Shown here in pieces: positions 1-9,220 of a DNA stretch of 17,796 bases (position 1 is its first letter; each line of letters starts with the position of its first letter). Below the pieces are notes generated by a model. It was not told the DNA's origin. It made no database searches and saw only the letters and a program-made list of their open reading frames with translations. This DNA is from Vitrella brassicaformis CCMP3155 (lineage: Eukaryota > Protista > Chromerida), in NCBI GenBank assembly GCA_001179505.1, contig CDMY01000816.1, forward strand, positions 1 through 17,796, read 5' to 3'. Made by a program: the position numbers and the translations under genes.

Positions 1-292
1 AGTTCCCTGCCATGTTCAAGGGACAGAGGGAGGGGTGTGATGGTAAGTTAGTGAGATAGGAGTGCAGGCTTACAGATAGCCGTATTTGAGGCGATCCATT
101 GACTTTCATGATTTATTCATTGTGGTGATCGTGTGACGCCACCCTGACTGGCAAGAAAATGAATGCTCTCCGATGCTTGTTGGTGTCAAGGCGCTGTTTT
201 CCATCTGTCCGACACGTATTGTTTCCATATCTATTTGGAAATAATCTACTTCTCATGGTCCCGAGTGCTACTGTATGTATCGCTTGTCGTCC

Positions 293-751
293 TTGCGTGC
301 ATGCGCAGGTGTGCGCACAGAGACACACGCTTCAAGTCAAAACGTGTATGCACAGGTGTGTGCACAGAAACACTCGTCACATACACCCCCTCTAACTTCA
401 CGCATACGTGTGCATGCGCTTGTGTGCGCACAGAGACACCCCTTGCAAGTCCACGCGTGCATGCGCAGGTGTGCGCACAGAGACATTCATCCTATGTACT
501 GTCTTTAACGTTGTTGCGTGCATGCACAGGTGTGCGGACAGAGACACACTCCCTTCAACTCGACGCACCCATGCAGGAGCTTGTGTACGCGCAAAGACAT
601 TGATCCCGTACACCATTTGCACGTCGTTGCGTGCATGCGCAGGTGTGCGGACCGAGATACACTCACTTCAACTCGACGCATTTGTGCATATGCATACGCA
701 GGTGTGCGCACAGAAACACTCATCACATACACCCCGTCTAACTCCACGCGT
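293..751 (+). repeat. Minisatellite array: 8 copies of a core ~GCATGCGCAGGTGTGCGCACAGAGACA with mutually related spacers
   Basis: Cores start at ~301, 348, 414, 461, 522, 571, 635 and 694 (spacings 47, 66, 47, 61, 49, 64, 59). The core contains the palindromes GCATGC and TGTGCGCACA. Same family as the 8551-9200 units. Confidence 0.9.
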
Positions 752-967
752 ACTGAAATGATAGGGCCATGACTTTGCCCAGGCCCCCCGTCACACAAAT
801 GGCCTCACCCGGGCCCCCAGCGGACACGAATGAGCTGCTGGAGCGGACCTGGCCTTTGGATGCTGTCAATTAGTCCGTCAAGTTGTCACTCACCGCAAGG
901 TCTCGACAACACACTGGGACATATTGAAGGATGGTGACGGGAAGGGGAGAAGTCTTTCATGAATTTG

Positions 968-991
968 CTGCCTGCCTGCCTGCCTGCCTGC
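968..991 (+). repeat. (CTGC)6 microsatellite
   Basis: Six perfect CTGC copies read directly. Confidence 0.9.
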
Positions 992-1439
992 ATGCAAATG
1001 CACTCCAGATGGAATGGCCTGATTTTCAACGTCTGTGTGTATGTATGCTGGACGGGTTTCTTTTTTCCTCGGTCGCTCGCTGTAGGCCTGTTTGAGTGAG
1101 CGGCTTTACCTTCCATATGTCGTTTAACGAGCCCGCAAGCCCATGACATATGGGACTTGAGTGTAAACAAACGGGCGACGCTACGCAGATCGTTCTGAGT
1201 GTCAAACAAGGCGTGCACTCTTCGGAAGTGTCTTGCTTATGAATTCGTCCATTATTCTGTCCCTCTCCTTCTTCATTTCATCTTTGCTAAGCTGGTGCGT
1301 GCAGGCAAATATACCTCAGCTGCGTGCAGCAAATTACGCAAAGAGGGTAACTTCTCTCCTGCATCATTCGTGCTCCCTGTGGAAATACATTAAGTCATAG
1401 CGCAACTGCAGGCAGAGTCTGTCGGTCTCTCATGAAATG

Positions 1440-3109
1440 AAGTGTGCCAATCGACTAACTCTCAATCACAATCACGCGACAAACATGCCAGCACCATCCT
1501 CAGCGCCCGCCTGGCGTATCTTCCAGCGACGCCGCCCACGACGCACACACAAACTCGCACTACGTGCCAACGCAACAGACAAACGAACACGAACCCACCC
1601 CATCACCTGGCTATACGACTTGTCTGCCCACGCAGCCTTGGTGCGCAGCTTCTCAACCAGGCGGCTGAAAAAACCATTGGCCTCTCTGCCCTACACACCA
1701 TCCACCGTGACGCACAAGGGGGTGAAGTGGATGGACTTGTCCTCGCACACACGGCTGTGGTGGGCCTTCTTGGCCTTGGCCTTGTTCTTGGGGATGGAGG
1801 CGGTCGATTGATTGCGGTAGGACGACGCGTCAGCGCTTGTCACGCAGAGGTCAAACGACACATCCTTCTGCCGCTCCCACACCCCCCTCACCACCATGTC
1901 CGTCCGCACCCCCTTCTCCCCTCCTCGGGCTCCACGATTATCACCTCCTTCCTGACCGCCGACTCGCCCCAAGCCTTGGTAGAAAGGTCGCACAGCACGT
2001 CCACCACCTCGTTGTGCCGCCGAATCATCAACCCACCCACCCCACAGTTGAGGGCGTGGTCGAGCGAGTATGCAGCCTCGCAGCCGTCGCAGTGGGTGGG
2101 CATCTTGGGAGGTTCATAGGCGTACCGGATGGCCATGTTGTTGCGGAACTCGTTCGGCGTCAGGTCGGTGTGGTCCTCTGCGTCAGGCCGGTAAGTCACC
2201 CACCTAGCCGTCTTGGCCTCGATCGCCCGGTGGACCGCCCGTCGTTTCTCTAAGGGCAGCTGCTGGAGGTCGTCCTTGAAGCGCTCCTTGGCTGCCTCAT
2301 CGGTCGCCCGCCGCCGCTCCTTGACCGCTTGCTGCATCTCGGCGCGGTGCTGGAAGGGGTTGAATGGAGGGCCGTCAGGTGGGTCGCCGTCTTGAATGGT
2401 GGACACCAGCAGGGAAGTGCCCTTGGTGGACGTCTCGTATGCCATCGCCACTCGCTTCGTCGCGTCCCTCACCTCCATCCCCCCATGACGCGCAGGCAGC
2501 ATCATCAGCTGGGCCTCAGTGGCGGTCACCGCATGGCTGGAGAGCTGGGTGAGGTAGTGAGTGAGGGCGTCTCGCAGCGGCTCGAATGTCGCACGCTCCT
2601 CAGGCATCACCCCTATGAAAAAATCCCACTCGGCCTGCAGAGACGTTGTGAGTGCTGTGTGGGCTGCCTTCGCGTACTTGGCCGCTGCGTCCGCCATCCG
2701 GTTGACACACCGCTGCCACTCCCGCACCATCTCGGTGGCGTAGGCCTCTTTGCCATTCGCGGTCCACACAAATCCCCCCATGTATCGAGTGCCACTGACG
2801 ATCTCCATGTCGGTATCGCCAAACACCTCTCGCGCCCGCTCCTCGCAACCCGCCCGTACCACCAGTTTGCTCTTCTTGCCGTTGGGGTGATAGCCCCTCA
2901 ATGGCCCTCTCCGCTGCAGCTCATCCCACCAATCACGCACCGGCTGGAGGTCTTCCACCTTGGCGGAGTCGTTGGCAAACCACGCCTCGGGGCCCTCCTC
3001 TGCTGGCCGCTTCATCTCGCATACGAGGGGCAGGGTGGCCACAGAGTAGAAGAGGGAGGCCAAGGGGTCGCCTTGTGTCGTCCCTTCTCGACTCCACAGC
3101 GGCGCGGAT
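1440..3109 (-). mobile_element. 5'-truncated non-LTR retrotransposon with restriction-like endonuclease (CRE-clade-like), element A
   Basis: Minus-strand translation gives RT motif LWSREGTTQGDPLASLFY, degenerate catalytic motif AWFAND, thumb-region YMGGF and GGMEVRD, CCHC finger CDGCEAAYSLDHALNC, and RLE motifs RHNEV...RTDMVVRGVWERQKDVSFD...FTPLCVTVDG. The 3' boundary is approximate; no poly(A) tail or TSD seen. Confidence 0.88.
1472..3109 (-). pseudogene. Disrupted RT-RLE ORF of element A
   Basis: Begins just before the RT QGDP motif. First catalytic Asp replaced by Asn (AAC at 2971-2973). One-base frameshift near 1920 joins ORF 1888..3063 to ORF 1691..1993. In-frame TAG at 1691-1693, after which the frame continues GREANGFFSRL...RLSVALARSASLC to TGA at 1472-1474. 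Confidence 0.85.
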
Positions 3110-4714
3110 CGAGTTCATCAACACCACCCCACTCCAACACGCGAGTGACCGCAGAGGCGTGGCCCTTCCAGGAAGCCAGATGGATCGCATAATTTCCGTT
3201 CTGCATGCGTGTTAGGGGTGTACTGTTTGATTCTATCTGTTGATATCCTTATTTCCTCACATCATCTTGCTGTGCAAGTAGGGCTTGGCCTTTTTCAGCA
3301 TACATCTCCTCCATCACCTTAACGCAACCAGAACTCGCAGCGATGTGAAAGAGTGTGTTATCATTCTGCAACCCTCAGCCATAGACACAGGGAGACAGCC
3401 ACGCAGTTGATACAATATATGTGCCTTTCCTTTGTTGCGTCTGTCGAGTTCAACAACACCACCCCACTCCACCACGCGAGTGACCGCAGAGACGTGGTCA
3501 TTCAAGGAAGCCAGATGGATTGCATAGTTTCCGTTCTGCATGCATGTTAGAGGCACATTATTTGATTCTATCTCTTGAAAGTAACTTGACATCTTATTTC
3601 CTCACTTGATCTTGCTGTGTCAGCAGGGTTTGGCCTTCCTTGGCATACATCTCCTCCATTACCTTAACGCAACCAGAGCTCGCAGCGAAGTGGAAGGGTG
3701 TGTTATTATTCTGCGACCCTCAATCATAGACACAGGGAGACAACCACGCAGTTGATACAATATATGTGCCTTTACTTTGTTGCGTCTGTCGAGTTCATCA
3801 ATGCCACCCCACTCTAACACACGAGTGACCGCAGAAACGTGGCCCTTCCAGAAGCCAGATGGATTGCATAGTTTCCGTTCTGCATGCATGTTAGAAGCAC
3901 ACTGTTTGATTCTATCTGTTGATATCCTTATTTCCTCACATCACCTTGCTGTGTCAGCAGGGCTTGGCCTTTTCTGGCATACATCTCTTCCATCACATCA
4001 ACGTAACCAGAACTCGCAGCGAAGTGGAAGGCTGTGTTATTATTCTGGAGCCCTCAACCATAGACACAGCGAAACAACCACCCAGTTGATACAATATATG
4101 TGCCTTTACTTTGTTGCATCTGTCGACTTCATCAATACCACCCCACTCCAACACGCGAGTGACCGCAGAGACCTGGCCTTTCCAGGAAGCCAGATGAATT
4201 GCATAGTTTCCGTTCTGCATGCATGTTAGAAGCACACGGTTTGATTCTATCCGTTGATATCCTCACTCTCTCACATCATCTTGCTGTGCGAGTAGGGCTT
4301 GGCCTTTTTTGGCATACATCTCTTCCATCACATCAACGTAACCAGAACTCGTAGCAAAGTGGAATGCTGTGTTATCATTCTGCAATCCTCAGCCATAGAC
4401 ACAGGGAGACAACCACCCAATTGATACAATGCATGTGCCTTTACTTTGTTGCGTCTGTCGAGTTCAGCAACACCACCCCACTCCAACACGCGAGTGACTG
4501 CAGAGGCGTGGCCCTTCCAGGAAGCCAGATGGATCGCATAGTTTCCGTTCTGTATGCGTCTTAGGGGCACACTGTTTGATTCTATCCGTTGATATCCTTA
4601 TTTCTTCACGTCATCTTGCTGTGCGAGTAGGGCTTGGCCTTTCTTGGCATACATCTCCTCCATCGCATCAACATAACCAGAACTCGCAGCGATATGAAAG
4701 GGTGTGTTATCATT
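3110..4714 (-). repeat. Tandem ~335-345 bp unit x5 (NDNT exon + intron + NGNY exon + intron)
   Basis: NDNT/NNNT exons end at 4610, 4275, 3940, 3606 and 3261. Introns are also homologous between copies (gtaaaggcacat...; gtgag...ggatatcaac.gatagaatcaaacagt). Confidence 0.93.
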
Positions 4715-5756
4715 CTGCAACAAGTGAAACACCAGTGCTTTGAGCACTGCTTCATGTTTTTTTACCTTCTCTTTAAGCGTCAAGATATCCATTCCTCCAA
4801 GCTCGAGCAGCGTCGTCACGATAGCCACATGACCCTTCTCGACCGCCAGATGCAATACAGTAGGTTTGTTCTGATAGAAATTAGGATGACATCTCAAGTC
4901 GCCTGTTGCCATTGGCTACTATCATTGATGTCAGCTCACCATCATTTTTGCTTTGTTTTTGATTAGGTCTTTGCCGCCTTTGGCCACTATCTCTCTGACG
5001 ATGTCCTCATGGGCGTTTTGTGTAGCGAAGTGAAGTGCCGTGAAGCCCTCCTGCAATCGACCAAACACCAATATTTCCGCATCGTTGTGGGCGAGCCCAG
5101 CGCTCTGTCTCACCTCGTTGGTTTCCTGCAGGCATTCGACGCCTTTGACTTCAATGATCTGCACGACAGTCTCCTTATTGCCCTCCGCACAATCCTCGAA
5201 AAGGCTCACCTGCGAAGAGCATACAGTTAGTATAGACTTATGCTACCATTCAGTGAGCGCATGTTGTCTACCTCCTCGACAGCCACAATCGGTTGGCTGC
5301 AGCGCCAAAGGGCCTCCATCGGGACATTTTTGTTTCCCTTCGTCAGCTCAAGACTTTTGCTCTTGCCGAAAGTCTTGACACTTATCACATAACCCGGCAG
5401 CCCCACACATTTGATGGTCACCATTTGGTCCTCGAACTTACTGCTTCCCCTTATGGTCTGCTCCCCCTCTTGCTCAAAATGCATGTCGGCCGATACAAGC
5501 AGTTGATCTTTGGAGCGCCGAAAACAGAGGAGAGAGCATAAGCCTCTTTCTGCCGTCGGCTGCATAAGGTTTTGCTTCTTGGTTGGGACCATAATCCACT
5601 GCTCGTATTTTGCCTCCCCCTTGCTGTCGTTCACATCCGTCTCAATCGTTGGCGCATCGAGGACAAGCGTGTTGTCCACCAATGGGTTCACTGTTAGTGT
5701 CTTGTCGGGAAACGCTGTCGACACCAGACGGAAAGCGCCTTTTGGGCAGAATTTGT
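3110..5756 (-). pseudogene. Multi-exon ankyrin-repeat protein gene fragment, truncated at both ends by retroelements
   Basis: Exons flanked by GT-AG phase-0 introns of about 50-70 nt: ~5756-5272, 5209-5114, 5050-4940 (EGFTALHFATQNAHEDIV), 4870-4766 (NKPTVLHLAVEKGH), then 4714-4610, 4549-4445, 4379-4275, 4214-4110, 4044-3940, 3879-3776, 3710-3606, 3535-3431, 3365-3261 and 3200-3110. G-x-T-(P/A)-L-H-x-A-like ankyrin motifs. One-nt deletion near 3851, donor GT changed to GG at 3429-3430, no start or stop codon found. Confidence 0.88.
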
Positions 5757-8346
5757 GGCAGCGAATCAGCAGACCCTTGATCAGCTGCGCGCACTCCACC
5801 CCGACGCCGCTCCCATCGACAGGCCCGCCGCGCCGGCAGGTGACGCCCCTCGCTTGGAGACCAACCGTGACTTTCTTTTGGCTGCACTGAAGACCGCGCC
5901 ACGCGGGGCGGCCGCCGGACCGACCGGCTGGCGATATGAGCACCTCCAAGTGCTCCTTGGCGAGGCCCACACCAACGCGGAGGCTGTGCCCGTTCTCAGG
6001 TTCGTGCAGCGGATGTTAGACGGCGACTTGCCCCCACTGGTGACGAGACTCCTGGCCGCCGCCCGCCTGTTCGCCTTGGAGAAGCCGGGGGGCGGTGTGC
6101 GACCCATTGCCATTGGCGACGTGCTTCGTCGGTGGGTGACTCGGGCGTTGTGCATGCAACACAAGCTGGACTTCGAGGAGGAGTTCCGGCCCCCTCAGTT
6201 TGCTGTCGGCACGTCAGCTGGCGGCGAGAAGCTCTTCCGAGCGGCGCAGACCTACATCCAGACGCAAGACGCCGTCGGCCAAGATGCGGACGGGCGGCCC
6301 ATCACTCGCACCCTCCTGTCCCTCGACTGCCGCAACGCCTTCAACGAAATCGGCCGCCAGCATATCATCGACGAGCTCGCCGTCAAGCATCTTGCCATGG
6401 TCGCATTCTTCTGGCAGTTCTACGGCATAGCTGCGCTATTGTGGTACACGATGGAGGACGGGCGCGTCGAGACCATCCACAGTCGTCAAGGCGTACAGCA
6501 GGGTGATGCGGCAGGCCCCTTCCTTTTCTGCCTCGCCTTTCAGCCGGCCCTCCGTCGCCTGCAAGAGCAGTTCCCCGCTGCGCTTGTCGGGGGCTTCATG
6601 GATGATGGGCTGAGGGGGATGGACGAACGGGACGTCCCCTCCTTTCTGACGGCCGCCGACGCCGAATTCCGCGCGATCAACCTGGTGCTGCGACTGGATA
6701 AGTGCCATGCGTGGTCTCCGCATTGGCGCTCGGCCGCTGACCTTCCGACTGCCACCATAAGTCGAGGTGTGCGCGCGTCCACCGAAGGGATCATCCTCTT
6801 GTCCGCCCCGATTGGCACCCCGGCTTTCATCGAGCGCACTGTGAATAAGGTCGTCGCCAAGCATCAGCGCCTCCTCGACGCCGTCGTGGCCTTTGCTGTC
6901 GATATATTGGGAGCACGCAGTGCAGGGAGCGAACCTGCTCCTTCGCTACTGTGGGTCCCCTCGCTTTCTCTACTGGTGCCGCCTTCTTGCCCCCTCCTCG
7001 TCGCTCTTAGCGGCCGCCCGTGTACATGATACTGCGAAGGTCACCGCGTTCACCAGCATCCACCGCACGGGCGCCCTATCTACTCCGACACACCGGCAGG
7101 TGCAGCTCTCCATCCGGTTGGGGGGCTTCGGTTGGTGTCGTCTGCGCGTGTCGCGCCGGCTGCTTACCTGAGGTCCGTGGTCGTCACCGTGGGGGATGTG
7201 TGGGATCGTTTCTGTGAGCAACCTTACATGCCTAAGTCTGAAGCCTCTCTTCTCCAGCTGGGATGGCTCGTCTCGGCGGTATTTGCCCGCATCGATTTCT
7301 CCGCATCCCTCCCCTTTATCGCCATCCCCCCTATCGCGCAGCTCATCGCACGCTCGCAGGCTCGGCTGCAGCAGAAGATCTCTGAAGCCCTCGCACAGAA
7401 GGACTTCAACACCCTCTTCGAGTCCTTCCCGGCTGGTAGCCGTGGTCGATGCCGCCTTCTCTCCTGCCTGGGGCCTTTGTCGTCTGGCTGGCTGTCGGCC
7501 ATCCCCGCATATACCCGAGGTGACAAGCGCAAGTGCCTGAACAACTACGCCTACCGCCTCGCCACGGCTCTCACCCTTGGCATCACTTTCCCCCTCGCCA
7601 GCCTCGCATCGTCATGCTCGTGCGGAGCGGCCATCGACGCCTTGGGGGACCACTTCTTTCTCTGCAGCCGCGCGACGGCGGAGCGCGTGTTCAAGCACAA
7701 CACTCTGCTGGACGTCTTCAAGGCCATCCTTGTGGAGATGGGCATCACGGCTGTCACAGAAGTGCCCCTGCGCTTTCTCGACATCACCCTTCCAAACGCC
7801 CAGCCCAACAGTCAGCGCATGGACCTCTTCTTCCCCATCGACGGCGAAAGTGTCCTGTGCGACGTCACGGTGGTCCATCCGTATCGGCCCGAGAACTCCA
7901 CCGCCCACCACACTCAGGTCAACCGCAGGCATGCACGTCGGCCGGGCGGCGTTGCAGTTGCGGGGGCGGAGCGGGACAAGGACTGCAAGTACGGTGCCAA
8001 CTGTCGGCAGAAGGGCTACACGTTCGTGCCTCTAGCGGCGGAGACGTTCGGCCGTTGGGGTGGAGAGACCCTCACCCTGCTTCGCCGCCTGGCACGACGC
8101 CGCGTCGCCCCACCCGCCAGCTCTGCAGAAGATCGTGCGTTTTTTCATGAGGGTGTCATGAACCATTGGGGGCAGTTTTTGTCGGTAGCGCTGATGTGTT
8201 GGAATGCTTTTCAAGTGTCCTGCCGCACACACTATGCGGCCGATGCTCGGACACAGCAATGGGCAGGTCTGTTTTCTGAGGACCTCGTCTCTCGAGGGCC
8301 CTACAGGGCGCAAACCCGCACGTTTGCATGCCAGGACCGGCCGTGA
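5757..8346 (+). pseudogene. RT-RLE ORF of element B with two frameshifts
   Basis: Frame of ORF 5755..7029 to ~6905, then frame of ORF 6893..7171 (QGANLLLRYCGSPR...QVQLSIRLGGFG), then frame of ORF 7132..8346 (LVSSARVAPAAYL...). The QL-x(4)-GG-x-G motif straddles the second shift. Confidence 0.85.
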
Positions 8347-8480
8347 GGGATTTGTTTGGGAACGTGATGTTAAGGGTTGGGTTTGGGCTGCATGGTGGTT
8401 TGATGGTGCGTGCGCTAGTCGCTTATGTGATTGCGTTTGATAGGCTGTTCGGTTTGTATCGGACTGCTGCTGCCAATGTG
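5757..8480 (+). mobile_element. 5'-truncated non-LTR retrotransposon with restriction-like endonuclease (CRE-clade-like), element B
   Basis: TLDQLRALHP...AAGPTGWRYEHL, KPGGGVRPIAIGDVLRR, QFAVG, SLDCRNAFN, GVQQGDAAGPFLF, GFMDD; CCHC finger CSCGAAIDALGDHFFLC; RLE motifs KHN...RMDLFF...CDVTVVHP...ERDKDCKY...FVPLAAETFGRWG. A GT-rich putative 3' UTR follows the stop at 8346. Both boundaries approximate. Confidence 0.9.
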
Positions 8481-8504
8481 CGAGTACATTGCCGACTATA
8501 GATC

Positions 8505-9220
8505 AGATGTGCTGGTCGCCGATGCTTCTGTGAAAGCGAATTCGACAGTCAACACGTGCATGCGCAGGGGTGCGCATTAGTCGACACGTGTATGCGCAGG
8601 GGTGCGCACATAGACACTCATCATGTACACACACTCCAGATACACGTGTATGCGCAGGGGTGCGCACACAGACATTGGTCATATACACACACTCCAAGTC
8701 GACACGTTCATGCGCAGGGGTGCGCACAGGGGTGCGCACACACGTCTGGACTTGGAGTGTGTGTATATAATGAATGTCTCTGTGCGCACACCTGCGCATG
8801 CGCGTTTGGACTTGGGGTGTTTGTAAATGATGAATGTCTGTGTGCGCACACCTGCGCATACACGTGCCGACTTGGAGTGAGTGTATATGATGAATGTCTC
8901 TATGCGCGCACTGACAAATGCTCGTTTGGACGTGAAGTGTGTGTGTCTAATGAATGTCTGTCTGTGGACACCTGCGCCTGCACGTTTGCACTTGAAGTGT
9001 GTGTACATGATGCATGTCTGTGTGCGCACACCTGCGCGTGCACGTTTGGACGTGGAGTGTGTGTACATGGTGAATGTCCCTATGGGTACATGGTGAATGT
9101 CCCTATCTGGACACCTGCCCATGCACGTTTGGACTTGAAGTGTGTGTATATGATGAATGTGTGTGTGCGCCACCTGCGCATGCACGTATGGACACGTCGA
9201 AAGCATCGTTACCGACATCT
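8505..9220. mobile_element. Foldback/MITE-like palindromic element whose arms are built of ~60-bp tandem units
   Basis: Four forward cores (8560, 8592, 8650, 8710) and seven reverse-complement cores (8791, 8851, ~8911, 8971, 9031, 9114, 9173) with the switch at ~8740. Outer non-array flanks are also inverted: agatgtgctggtcgccgatgctt at 8505 versus aagcatcgttaccgacatct ending at 9220. No TSD or transposase identified. Confidence 0.6.

Noticed and set aside
293-751. CRISPR-like array (palindromic ~27-bp core with variable spacers), also 8551-9200
   Set aside because: Spacers are homologous to each other, cores are degenerate, orientation flips, no cas genes are present and the context is intron-containing eukaryotic DNA.
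113-798. Cys/His-rich ORFs over the arrays (also 8503-9364) as metal-binding proteins
   Set aside because: Such ORFs appear in several frames on both strands; they are translations of the TGTGCGCACA repeat.
1442-3192. Long plus-strand ORFs (1442..2119, 1837..2253, 2329..3192) and similar antisense ORFs over element B and the acidic gene
   Set aside because: They are shadow frames of GC-rich coding sequence on the opposite strand or in other frames, with no independent motifs.
3012-3206. In-frame ankyrin-reverse transcriptase fusion protein
   Set aside because: The ankyrin frame continues as PRRCGVEKGRHK...YAR* and is out of frame with the QGDP-containing RT frame.
5227-5970. 247-aa minus-strand ORF as one gene
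   Set aside because: It is chimeric: 5757-5970 is the antisense of element B and the last 14 codons lie in the intron at 5210-5271.
5755-7029. Bacterial RT system (group II intron, retron, DGR) with ankyrin or repeat partners
   Set aside because: The RT is followed by a CCHC finger and restriction-like endonuclease, as in RLE non-LTR retrotransposons, and the neighbouring genes have spliceosomal introns.
8369-8387. Telomere-like gttaagggttgggtttggg in element B's 3' region
   Set aside because: Only three non-identical G-tracts with no regular unit; consistent with a GT-rich UTR.
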